Of a stretch of 64,000 bases of DNA, positions 13,775 through 26,304 are shown one piece after another. Within the stretch, counting starts at the first letter, position 1. Each line of letters opens with the position of its first letter. This DNA comes from Laetmonice hystrix (Eukaryota): assembly GCA_965235115.1 (NCBI GenBank), contig OZ249438.1:19840001-19904000 (forward strand), read 5' to 3'. The notes under the pieces are model-generated. The model saw only the letters and a list, made by a program, of their open reading frames with translations. It searched no databases and was not told where the DNA came from. The position numbers and the translations under genes were made by a program.

Positions 13775-15710
13775 ACATGACCACTGAAGCTATCTACAGA
13801 TGAGGGAAATCTGGCTTATTTTAAAGTTTTTTCATCGTCCATGTTGCTAATTTTCAATCCCACGTGCCAAAATAAGCGTACTGACGCAAACATTAACACA
13901 AATAAGGGGAAATAAAAATAAAGGGGCACAATTTTTCGACTGACTGTGCGTTTTTCTTACGCCTATATACTATACCGTAAAGAGGTCCGAAATAAATATT
14001 CCTACCCTGAAAATAGCGTTGATTGGCCTGTAATCAAGCCACAGGCAGCCCCCAAAGTGAATTTCGGTGTTTTCGGGGTAGGCCTAGACCGAAATTCAGT
14101 AGTTAAGCACTGTAGAGGAGGGTGTGGCCCCCAAGTGACCCGTTGGAAGTTATGCCATTTCTCGGCCAAGACAATGGTTTTCACCCAAGTTTATTTATGT
14201 TTTGCATTTAACTAGAATGCCTCACAAAAGATTTAAAAGCCGTTCAAAAGTGCGATTCTTCCAATTGTGCCTTTTTAAGGCATCAAAAAGTCCGATTGAG
14301 AAACACAAGAGTGAATGATGCTGGTACAATAGAGCTATGGGGAAAGTCTTTTTATTCAAGCATACAATTAACAGTTTGCATGACAACGTCTATTCTTATA
14401 TTCTACAGGAGTACAAATTTCTCAGATAGGCCTAGTTAAGGCGCATAATATTTAATGTTACTTATAGCAATGTACTGAATGTGTGACTATTGATCGTTAC
14501 AAAAGGCGTACAAACATTTCCTATCAATCAAGTCGTACAAAATATATTGCACTCTACATAATCCTTTATTCTCTATGCTAATGTAAATTCAACAGGACTT
14601 ATTTCAAATAAAGTACAATTAAATGACAATAATGAAGAATATCTCTATCGAGTACATAGATTTGATACGTGTATAAGGAGAGTACATACAGCTGTACATT
14701 GTATATGATGACAAGCCATGAGACTGGACGGACCATGGACTGACAATAAGATTATATTAGAGCAGTCATCACAGTTTACAACCTGACAAAACAGGCATGA
14801 AAACAAGGCAGTGTCCCTCTCTCGTTTGACTACATAAATACATGTTTGATGGGGTGTGATTTTGTATGTATAATGTTGAATATCACTCCCGTACCACAGG
14901 TATACGTTTTATATCCACGTGTAAAGTTCGTGCTAAATGTAACCTAATTATTCTATTTACATGCAGGTAAAATAAAACAAGAGTTTTATAAGGTTAAAAC
15001 CTGGACTATAGAACATACAGGAAGGTACACGCAATGTTCACTGGGTTTATGTAAAAACAATGAACATCTTCACCGTACCATGTCCTCGTTTACAAATAAA
15101 CAATTCAATATTTATATAATTCTACAATAAATGACCCTATCTGCATGCTTCAGTAAACCAGGCCGGGGGTGGTGGTCCAATTTTCTGGTCAATAAAACTC
15201 TTTTTTTACGCCTATTAAAACCTTTCCTATCCCCTTTTAACACATCTTCACGATGCCCTTTTCAACATTTCCATAAAACCACTTTGATCAACGTTTATAT
15301 ATATTAGTGGTACCCGTGCTGCATGTCTTCAGTACTAGAAGAAGCCACAGTTACCATTGATACAAGACATTAATAGCATCTATTATCACAGGCACAGAAA
15401 GCTGCTCCAATGAGAGGTGTATTGGCAGCGTCTCATATTCAAGTGGACAACGACAGCTCTATAGCGTCTTGGACGGACCCGGCGTATTACAGTAACATGT
15501 TTGGAGTATAACGAGGGGAAAACGGTGGAACATTTGTCCTCTCAACCAATAGAACAACTCACTTAACCTGAGGAGAGGCAGTGGATCAGTTTGAAATCAC
15601 AACCACTCGGTCAATCTACAAACACCTACCTATCTCCTCTCCTTGCTCGGCCTCATTAATACCGACCACGCCTGTACACCAGCACCGACCACTGGCCGAC
15701 ATACCTGGAA

Positions 15711-17285
15711 ACACTCAACACAAGGTCATAATGATCGCTCCAATACAAGGTCATACACTCAACGATCTCTCCAATACAAGGTCATACACTCAACGATCGC
15801 TCCAATACAAGGTCATACACTCAACGATCGCCCCAATACAAGGTCATACACTCAACGATCGCCCCAATACAAGGTCATACACTCAACGATCGCCCCAATA
15901 CAAGGTCATACACTCAACGATCGCTCCAACTCAAGGTCATATAGTCTACCATCGCTCCAATACAAGGTCATACAGTCTACGATCGCCCCAATACAAGGTC
16001 ATACACTCAACGATCGCCCCAATACAAGGTCATACACTCAACGATCGCCCCAATACAAGGTCATACACTCAACGATCGCCCCAATACAAGGTCATACACT
16101 CAACGATCGCCCCAATACAAGGTCATACACTCAACGATCGCCCCAATACAAGGTCATACACTCAACGATCGCCCCAATACAAGGTCATACACTCAACGAT
16201 CGCCCCAATACAAGGTCATACACTCAACGATCGCCCCAATACAAGGTCATACACTCAACGATCGCCCCAATACAAGGTCATACACTCAACGATCGCTCCA
16301 ACTCAAGGTCATACACTCAACGATCCCTCCAATACAAGGTCATACACTCAACGATCCCTCCAATACAAGGTCATACACTCAACGATCCCTCCAATACAAG
16401 GTCATACAGTCAACAATCGCTCCAATACAAGGTCATACACTCAACGATCCCTCCAATACAAGGTCATACAGTCAACGATCGCTCCAATACAAGGTCATAC
16501 ACTCAACGATCGCCCCAATACAAGGTCATACACTCAACGATCGCTCCAGTACAAGGCCATACACTCAACGATCGCTCCAATACAAGGTCATACACTCAAC
16601 GATCCCTCCAATACAAGGTCATACACTCAACGATCCCTCCAATACAAGGTCATACAGTCAACAATCGCTCCAATACAAGGTCATACAGGCAACGATCGCT
16701 CCAATACAAGTTCATATACTCAACGATCGCTCCAATACAAGGTCATACAGTCTACGATCGCTCCAATACAAGGTCATACAATCAACGATCGCTCCAACTC
16801 AAGGTCATATAGTCTACGATCGCTCCAATGCAAGGTCATACAGTCAATGATCGCTCCAATACAAGGTCATACAATCAACGATCGCTCCAACTCAAGGTCA
16901 TATAGTCTATGATCGCTCCAATACAAGGTCATACAGTCTATGATCGCTCCAATACAAGGTCATACAATCAACCATCGCTCCAATACAAGGTCATACACTC
17001 AACGATCCCTCCAATACAAGGTCATACACTCAACGATCCCTCCAATACAAGGTCATACAGTCAACAATCGCTCCAATACAAGGTCATACAGGCAACGATC
17101 GCTCCAATACAAGTTCATATACTCAACGATCGCTCCAATACAAGGTCATACAGTAAACGATCGCTCCAATACAAGTTCATATACTCAACGATCGCTCCAA
17201 TACAAGGTCATACAGTAAACGATCGCTCCAATACAAGGTCATACAGTCAATGATCGCTCCAATGCGAGGTCATACAGTCAACGAT
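15711..17285. repeat. Tandem minisatellite, 31-bp unit, ~51 copies
   Basis: Unit CAATACAAGGTCATACACTCAACGATCGC(C/T)C. The 31-aa periodicity of the overlapping ORFs reflects 3x31 nt. Confidence 0.98.
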
Positions 17286-17404
17286 TACTCGATCGATTTC
17301 TCCTGCATCATCATTAACTTAGATAAAAACTCTTTAAATCTGTTACCACACATGATGAAACATCCAGCGATGGTTAAAATCAGTAACTGTCAATTCTTGG
17401 GGGG

Positions 17405-17506
17405 GGGGGGGAATATAATTTTAAAATTTTGAAAATGTGGGAAATGTGGGCATTTTTTGAAAATGTGGGACAAAATTTTGAAAATGTGGGACCACTGGGC
17501 ACCCTG
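17405..17506. mobile_element. Possible truncated transposon end with subterminal repeats (TTTTGAAAATGTGGG x3)
   Basis: Repeated tttgaaaatgtggg motif ending in ...ctgggcaccctg (reverse complement CAGGGTGCCCAG, hAT-MITE-like). No partner end was found. Confidence 0.35.
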
Positions 17507-20100
17507 CTGACCACACCTGGAACACTAGTACACCGGACATTTACCTTCCCACTGACCACGGCCAGACTCAGGGTCAGCGCCGCACGGCTCCATTCATGCC
17601 CAGAATGGGATTCTGTTAATGCACCCATACTTGACCTAGCCGTTCCTTCACTTTTGTTTTTCTTTTAGGAAAATGGACTGGTCTAGCATCGTGAAGTAAT
17701 TATAACAATACAGAAAGTAAATTCCATTCTTGATGGAAGAATTTCCCTGGTATTTGGTTGGCAGGGAGGCAGTCATTTGTTTGCTGACTGAGAGAGGTGT
17801 TCTATTCAATCGTTAAGATATTGAATTGCCGAAAATCTTCAGTATTGGTAGGAATGTCTTAGAGACCAGGGGTTGCAAGTTTACTTTACAGAGTAGTGCT
17901 AACTGTGCTTCACTAACGTTTTAGGATTAAAAACATGACCTGGAACACCAGGTGGTGATCCGGTACTGTTAGATTCACCGTGAGCCGTCGTCACTGAGTA
18001 TCATACACATGGACACAACAGGGGCTCGTTCTGGATACTGGGTGAATTGTTACCATACTACAACTAATAGAATCCAAAGTCTCACAACAAAGTCATTGAA
18101 AGGGAGCAGATGACAGGTACAAGGGCATAGGTGTGGATGAGCAAAGGTACTAGTGTATACCATGAAACTGGACTGCCTTCTTCCTTACTGGCCGTGGGCC
18201 AAAACCGACAAGAAACCCTCCACTTACACAGAACCAAACTGAATCCATTTCACTGAATCCACATCCCATCCACCCAAGGGGGAGACCGGGGGTAAAACGG
18301 GGCTGTTGGTGAGGTCCAGGCCGGGCAAACAGACCCGGTTTAGGGGGTAAATCATTGTTTGTTACCTGTGGGGGTGGGTGGGCCGGGGGTCACCGCCAAC
18401 CCTCCTGTTCCCCACGGTGGTCCGCCATATTAACTAAACCCGGATCAGGTTTTTTTCTCTCTCTCAAACATGGGTCACAGATCCTCCCCATAACACCGAC
18501 ACACACATACCCACACATACCATGAAGGTTTTTGGATATTTGCGGAAAGGAAAAATGCCTTTGATTGTTATATCGAGTGAATATGGTGACATTTAAAGTA
18601 AGAAACCGTTATTATCTCGTTTTCTGAGCGTGTGTGTGTATACGCACTAATGGAAAGATTCTATCCCACCACAGGACTACGATCATCCTACCAGTGCACG
18701 CCGTGCATACAGGTACAACCCTTACAAACAGGTCTGCGTCAGGTCTGCGTCAGGTCTGCGGCACAGATCGGAACTCTTCCTGTACTCTCCACGATCCTGT
18801 TGTGTTATTTACCTTGGTGGAATACATCGTTAGCCTGGTATTCGGTCCTACTCTGTGGTTGAGTGGGGGTTTGTGGTGAGTGAGGCCGTATCTGGGTGTC
18901 ACTCACTCAGTGTCAGTGTGCGCATGGTACGGCGGCCAAGGCTTGCCATACTCCCCCCCCCCCCACCCCAACCACCACCTGTGGGGCGGGCCGTGAATAG
19001 GTGACATGTCCACCATGAATAGAAACCGTGTGTACCTGGCGACCACTCGGGCCAGTCGTATAGAATCCTGTCACCCTCTCCGGCCCGTCTCAACCTCTTC
19101 ACTATCACAACATACACCTTCTTCCTATCTCAGTTTTCAGGCAGCCTACTTCACATGAAATGCCGCAGACTTTCCTTTTTTTCTGTTTCAGCTTCTTCCG
19201 TCACGTGCCAAACCGTTGCAGTGAAAACTCTTAACGAGAAAGTTTCGGGGCGTTCCTGTCGTCATATATTTCGAACCCGATCCATGACCTCTTGTCCCCA
19301 TAACAATGCCTGGTTGCCGAGGAAAAAGCGCAAATAAGTCAATATTTACCGCTGTTTCTCGTCCCTACAGTACAGTGCCCCCTTCGCCCCATCACCGGCC
19401 CACCCCAACCCAGCCAGGCAAAGCGCCATCTCAACTCGCTATTTGCCAACACATTTGCGTTCACCGCTTCTTTCTGAAAGACATAGTCTGAAATGTGTTA
19501 ATGGATTGGACCCGCGCTTTCCACTGCACCATGCAATGCATCGCTCACCATATCATTAGGCTACAATGGCAATCTAATTGTGACCCGCACCGTCTTTCAT
19601 GTTGACTTTCTTCTCATTAACATGGGAGGAATAGTATTAACGCATTGAGTTACCTATACGTGCGGTGAGGGACAAACCTTGGCCAATCGATGTCAGTCGG
19701 CCTCACGTCTCGTATGTCACGTTTTACACAGCCCCTAATGATTGCTTACCTGGCCAAAAATCAATCATTCCAACATTTTCACTTCCAAACGGTGAAAGCG
19801 CCTGCACTATGGATATTACCCATCATGGGGTCAGACGGTACGCCTATTTTCGCCACTCGCAAACAATTAGATTGAAAACTGTTTACTCCAAATTGACAGC
19901 CTTAGCATCGATTTTATCCCTGGGACTATTAGTTTGTTATCTTTGTGTGAAGATCCAACAGTGACCTTGGCAACGAGTATACGGAGTCTAAGTAGTGGTT
20001 CTAATCGAGTGATCGTGTCCCCATAACCATGGTAACTGACACAAACCACCTGTACTTCTCCACTACCTGTCCAAACCTTTAGACACCTTCACCCAGTCAG

Positions 20101-21160
20101 TAACCGCACTGACACGTTATCTGGTATATCTGACAGAAGTAACAGTTCTGTGACCGCACTGATACGTTATCTGGTATATCTGACAGAAGTAACAGTTCTG
20201 TGACCGCACTGACACATTATCTGGTATATCTGACAGAAGTAAGAGTTCTGTGACCGCATTGACACGTTATCTGGTATATCTGACAGAAGTAAGAGTTCTG
20301 TGACCGCACTGACACGTTATCTGGTATATCTGACAGAAGTAACAGTTCTACAGTTCTGTGACCGCACTGACACGTTATCTGGTATATCTGACAGAAGTAA
20401 GAGTTCTGTGACCGCACTGACACGTTATCTGGAATATCTGACAGAAGTAAGAGTTCTGTGACTGAACTGACACGTTATCTGGTATATCTGACAGAAGTAA
20501 CAGTTCTGTGACCGCACTGACACGTTATCTGGTATATCTGACAGAAGTAACAGTTCTGTGACCGCACTGACACGTTATCTGGTATATCTGACAGAAGTAA
20601 GAGTTCTGTGGCCGCACTGACACGTTATCTGGTATATCTGACAGAAGTAACAGTTCTGTGACCGCACTGACACGTTATCTGGTGTAACATATCTGACAGA
20701 AGTAACAGTTCTGTGACCACACTGACACGTTATCTGGTGTAACATATCTGACAGAAGTAACAGTTCTGTGACCGCACTGACATGTTATCTGGTGTAACAT
20801 ATCTGACAGAAGTAACAGTTCTGTGACCGCACTGACACGTTATTTGGTGTAACATATCTGACAGAAGTAACAGTTCTGTGACCGCACTGACACGTTATTT
20901 GGTGTAACATATATGACAGAAGTAACAGTTCTGTGACCGCACCGACACGTTATCTGGTGTAACATATCTGACAGAAGTAACAGTTCTGTGACCGCACTGA
21001 CACGTTATCTGGTGTAACATATCTGACAGAAGTAACAGTTCTGTGACCGCACTGACACGTTATCTGGTGTAACATATCTGACAGAAGTAACAGTTCTGTG
21101 ACCGCACTGACACGTTATCTGGTGTAACATATCTGACAGAAGTAACAGTTCTGTGACCGC
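20101..21160. repeat. Tandem minisatellite, 50-bp unit switching to a 55-bp unit (~20 copies)
   Basis: Unit GACCGCACTGACACGTTATCTGGTATATCTGACAGAAGTAACAGTTCTGT. From about 20680 every unit carries an extra GTAAC. Confidence 0.98.
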
Positions 21161-21351
21161 GTCACTTACAGTACTGAGACAACCTCTAGTGTACAGGTAG
21201 TATACCCATAAAAATCTTCTCATCACCTGAATACCCTGTAGAAAAAAAATATACGTAAAAACCGGCAATAATACACAGTGTGAAACACTGGGCATGGAGA
21301 CATCTTGAGCTCTGAAAAATGACAATTTGCTGAGAAATTTCTGTCTTCATT

Positions 21352-21357
21352 TTTATT
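21352..21357 (-). promoter_or_regulatory. Candidate MIPOL1 polyadenylation signal (AATAAA), implying a 3' UTR of about 1.1 kb
   Basis: This is the first canonical AATAAA I found on the minus strand after the stop codon, and it is followed by U/GU-rich sequence. No transcript evidence. Confidence 0.3.
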
Positions 21358-22470
21358 CTGAGAGAGCTGCCATGATCCTGCTGTGGTCCCTGGTGTTCAC
21401 GGGAACTCTAAGCATGCACTCTGCTCACAGTAGCACCGAACAGGTTGACGTGTGGATTCTGATGTTTTATACCACTCCTTCCCCTGTCAGAGAATCATCC
21501 TTTCAGACCTCATACACAGAGTCTCGTAGGTGGCACGTATTCCGTCGTCATTGAATGTACAAAATATAAATATGACTAAAAGGCTGACTCCATAGAAAGG
21601 TTGGAGACCGCTATCATGTATACGCTTTGGTGTAAAGTGTAAATATTCTTACAACACTGCGCAAAATACAGTTTGTTCTTTGGCAATTGAAATAATGAAC
21701 AGACATAATGATGTCTCAGATCTGAATCCCTGATTTCTGTTCACCTCACCTCTGTACCATACCACGATATATATTGTATGAGATGTATATTTCTGGCACA
21801 CTGTTGGGCATATTTCATTCGACTTCTTTTCAAGGAGTAAATCACCAGTAAAAATGACCAGGATCATTACAATATTAACAGACCAACTGATTACTGTTTG
21901 ACACTTACTACCGTATATGTCACATGTGTCTGTGATCTAGTCAATGTGACCTCTTTTAGAAGAACGATTCCTTGTCAATCGCATATCATAAACAATAATA
22001 TAGTTTTTAAACCATACTTTGCATTTCAATAAAGATAACATGTAAATAAGGTTAATATTGAGTCGGCCTTAATAAATCATTGTTTTATCTTTAGGTTGAT
22101 TTTTCAATTACCTTCACCTTTAACATTAACCTTCATATTTAAAACACCTTGAACACTGGGAGAAAACGTTTGCCACAACTGTCAGAGGTTTGAGAGTAAA
22201 TTAAATCTGGTCTTACAACCTGAGACATTCCAGTATTCCTTCAAGCAGCACACTGGCAGTGTACACACTAGGTACAGTCTGATGGTAAGGTTGCTCCAAC
22301 CATGGCCGAGCCTGTACTTCTCTCGTTTTTCTAGGCCGTACCGGGTTAAGTTGATCACATATTTCTTGGCTCCACTCGACGGTTTCGGTTTCTGGTGTGA
22401 CGACATCATGTAGACGTTGGGAACTCATCTACCGTAGTCCCCTTCCAGCGGTCGTCCCTTTAGTTCGGTA

Positions 22471-22543
22471 TCAGCAGCAGTCGTCCATCTTCGTCCCGAG
22501 TCCGTTAATCTTACGCCGAAGCACATTCACGAGTCGTTCTAAC
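22471..22543 (-). CDS. MIPOL1: MIPOL1 terminal coding exon: (K)LERLVNVLRRKINGLGTKMDDCC*
   Basis: The acceptor is gtgtattttcag|G (phase 2, compatible with the upstream AA|gt donor). LERLVNVLRRKI matches the MIPOL1 C-terminal LERLVDVLRKKV. The TGA stop is at 22473-22471. Confidence 0.88.
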
Positions 22544-24498
22544 CTGAAAATACACACCAGAAATATTCACATCAATCCAAGTTCTTCACTCACAATAAGT
22601 TCTCTTTTTTTTTCATTCAAACTTCAAATTGATTTTTTTCATCCCTTCTTCACGAAGAAGAGCACGAACTGTGCAAAAAGCCAGAGAATTGACTTTCACC
22701 TTTTCTCTCTAAATAATGGGTATGCTGTTCCTCTTTTTCATCCTGTGCAAGGTATACCATAAACTAATTCTACATAGATAATTATATTGGTTTAGAGCTT
22801 TAAACTGGCTTACTACAGAGGACATAATGCGATGGCGAACCGGAAATAACAGAAATTATAACACTGAAGTAGAACTTTTTCACTAAAAATGTTGACGGTA
22901 CTTCTGTTTTGGTTGGGAAGTTCAAAAATAGATACGATGAATGTGCGTATATTTGAAAAGATTGCCATGAGGCTGAGATGATGTGTCATGAGGAGTGTGT
23001 TACTGCGGTGGGGTGTGGAGAAGTGGAAGGGACGGGGGTCCGGGGTGGAGGTTGGAACCCGGGCTGGACATGACCATATCCCTCCTCAATATTTACCCTC
23101 TGTTCCAAGTGCAATGTAAAGGCTAACAGTACGAGACGGCCAAAGAAACATTGGGCAACTGGAGCAAGTTGAGTATTTACTGACATTCTGATACGGTCCA
23201 AAATGAGGCAGGGAGATGTGTGGGCCGTGAGGTGTGCCATTGTCCGCCCTGTTTGACAATCACTCCTTTGGCCCCCAGCGAAAACTGACTGACAACCAAC
23301 TTCTAACACAAGGGTTGGACTTGGCACCGAACAAAATGACCGGCCGAGGGTCTCATAAGGGCTGGCCACCGTCTCGAGCACCTCAAGCAGTTGGAGTCAA
23401 GGAAATGGTCAGTATATCTTGACCGGTGGCCGCCCTCAGAGGACCGGGGTCAGTTGGGCTGTCCTTTTGTGGCCCTGTCCGGCGCTATATGTATACGGAC
23501 TTGCCCCGATATCAAACAAACCTAATCATTATGGGGCGTCCGTTGGCAGGGCTCTGTCCGCCCAGGGCGGGGTGAAGTGTTTGCCCGGCGGTACGGGCCC
23601 ATGATCCCGCCTTGACACCGGTCGCCACACCTCGGGGCCCCGTTCTGGAGAGGGCCTGCCAGCACAACTATAAGCTTTACCCACACAGGGTTGTTGTGCA
23701 ATGTGCAGAGACCTCCACAGTGGTGTTTGATCAGGAGCTACAGGCCAACTTCCTCCTTCATTCAAAACCCACCTGAAACTTTGTGCCCGGACTCGTCCTA
23801 CTGGTAATATAATGAGAGGATTTACAGGATTGGTCTCTGGTTTACTCACAGATTATACCAAATTAAAACTACTGGCTACCTGCAGTTCATCAATGTACAT
23901 CTCATCCTTTAATAATTCGAACCTCGGCATGACAAACACGAAGGAAAGTCTTTCTTCCTCTTGCTTGTCCTTGTCTGGCAGTTTTCACCATGCCTTAAAT
24001 ACATTTTTCCGATAAAAGGTTTCTTCCAGGTGAACCAACTTCCACTGGTCTCCACATCTGACTCCATATCGTTTTTCTCTTAGTAGTCCGAAGTGAGCCG
24101 CCCATGCCAGAGCCGTCAGAAGCCCCTCCCCCCCCACACCCCACACCCCACACCCCGTCCACACATACGTTGGCAGCACGAGGATGGCTTCCCCAGCTCC
24201 TTAACAATAACCCGACGTGTACGTGGCGTGAACAATGCTTGGCCACGTCACTTATTGTTTTGTAGCGAGCTGACCTTGTCTCCTGCCGACTGTCGGGTCG
24301 GTTTGCCCGCCGACGCCAACACCGGCGCCGACGCCGGTCGGCTGACAGCAGCTAGGCTGCATGTCCTGGCGGTAACGTTGGCCGCCAATCCTCTCTAAAA
24401 ACACCCAATGCCTGTCATGGCAGGATGCTTAGAGCGGACAGATCTGGCTGCACTAGGCTCAGTGATGTCTCCGCCAGGGCCAGTCTCACTTAAACCCG

Positions 24499-24556
24499 AC
24501 AGGCGTGGGACAGGCGTGGGACAGGCGTGGGACAGGCGGGGGACAGGCGGGGAACG
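24499..24556. repeat. 12-bp G-rich tandem repeat (GACAGGCGTGGG), ~5 copies
   Basis: gacaggcgtgggacaggcgtgggacaggcgtgggacaggcgggggacaggcgggg seen directly. Confidence 0.85.
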
Positions 24557-25030
24557 GGTGGATAGACCGGGGCAAGGTGCTAGATCAAATTCGAGTTTTC
24601 TTCTCTCTGAGCGTCGTCTTTCTTTCAGGTTATTTAAAACAGTCTGGTTTAAAGCAATGTGAAAATGTGTATATTTATCGCTCCCAGTCAGAAGATCGTA
24701 TTCAACCAACAAACCGAAACTCATGACTTACATGGATACGGTATACGGTATGTTGGAGAAAATTCCAGGTTATTAAAGCTTTGAGGACCTAACTTTAATC
24801 CCCTGATCCGGCCCCATCCATAAATGACATGCTATAAAATTCATGAGCCAATAACTGTGCGGGCCAGCCGAAGGTTTAAGGCACTTTGGCCGCGGCCCAG
24901 TGCCGGATATAATGCTGACAAAGCTCGTCCCATAATGTCACGTCAAGCCTAACCTTGGCTCCGATAAGACCAGAGTAGGACAATGATCCATCATCACCAG
25001 TACAGGTCCAGTTTTAGGTTGGCTCTGGCA

Positions 25031-25098
25031 GGGAGGAGTAGGGAGGAGGAGGAGGGAGGGGAGGAGGGGGAGAGGGAGGGGGAGGCAGGAGGGGAAGG
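25031..25098. repeat. Polypurine (GGA/GGGA) tract
   Basis: About 68 nt of almost pure G/A. Confidence 0.8.
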
Positions 25099-26188
25099 CC
25101 ACGTGGGGGAGAGAATGGGAACGATATGACATCTGTGGACGCACTCAATGACCCGCCAATGGCCGGAAGTGGCTTCTCCATCAATGATGACCTCAGATCT
25201 AGGTGGGTCGGCTGACACCTTATCAGAGGACAACCTTGGACGCTGGTCAAGTGGTCAAAGGTCCAAAGTCTAAAGTTGACTGCCTTACAAAATTAACACT
25301 GTCTCCTTTACCAGGTGAGTCACTCAGCGCCTGTCACCCATTCAACATCATGGTGGGAGTTTAGTTTGAAACATACTCGGTCCACAATAGTGGAACTCCT
25401 CTTCCTCTCCCAACACAAACGTCATCGGTTCCTGGCACCGTACACGTAATGGTGCAGTGCTCTCTGAAATCTCATCTTACTTTAGAATCTCTAGATACTT
25501 CCTGATACCTCTTTGTTGAGTGAGCTAAACTTCTTCCAATCCCTGGAGTTTCTCACCCACGGAACTAGGCAGACAAAGATTGTATATCAAAGACTGCCCA
25601 GTTCTTGGTGGAACGGATGGCAGTGACTGGGCTCTCGTTCCGCTATCTCTGATATTGTTTCCCTGTGTACCCGGTTACTTTAGGATATATATTATGCGAT
25701 AGTAATTGTCAATAAAGTAAATATGAACAGGTAACACGACATGTGTCCAGACTTTGTAGCCAATCTAGAGTATATAGTTGAAGTAGTGTTTGTGTTGGGC
25801 CAATACTGATCATGCGAAAACAAAGTATCATGCGATTTGGCAGACTTTCCTGCCGAAGTGTCTGTCCACTTGGGTTCTGTTTGGTCTAGATAATGTCAAG
25901 CATCTCAACGATCGACAATTGTCAGGCAAGTGTGCTCAACCAACAAACAAACTAATATTAGCTCTTCATTGGTCGAATATTTCATCCTTGAAACCTTACG
26001 AACCCCGGCGGCTCAAACGGTGCTGAAATATGGTCACATATTTTAAAGAAATACGCCGAGTTGGACATTTTTCAGGCCTTTGAATGTTACTCCTGATATG
26101 TTGAAGACTCAAGGGCTCAGATGATCCGTCTGTAACACTTACCCCTTCGACATCAAGGAATAGAAGACGTAGGCGAAAAGCGAGACCA

Positions 26189-26304
26189 GGATTCGGATTT
26201 GGATTTGGATTTGGGGTTTACGCCTTTGCAACAGCCAGTTCATATCACGGCAGCAAGTTTTACTGGTGGAAGAAACCAGTGAAAACCACCGACCTTAGCA
26301 AAGA
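26189..26304 (-). mobile_element. 3' body and simple-repeat tail of a tRNA-derived SINE
   Basis: The minus strand reads ...ggtcggtggttttcactggtttcttccaccagtaaaacttgctgccgtgatatgaactggctgttgcaaaggcgtaaaccccaaatccaaatccaaatcc. This resembles the central 'GGTTTCCTCCACC' domain and tail of invertebrate SINE2 elements (recalled from memory). It is contiguous with the B-box array. Confidence 0.7.

Noticed and set aside
15581-17432. 443-aa and 389-aa ORFs
   Set aside because: The 31-bp unit cycles through all frames, giving the same peptide in each. This is a repeat artefact.
21223-21235. Alternative phase-2 acceptor (ttttttttctacag|G) giving a K-V-F-R-stop ending
   Set aside because: The acceptor is strong but there is no homology or transcript support. 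The 22543 exon matches MIPOL1.
1-22400. FoxA or another gene downstream of MIPOL1
   Set aside because: No forkhead-domain peptide (KPPYSY...) or other recognisable exon was found in the translations.
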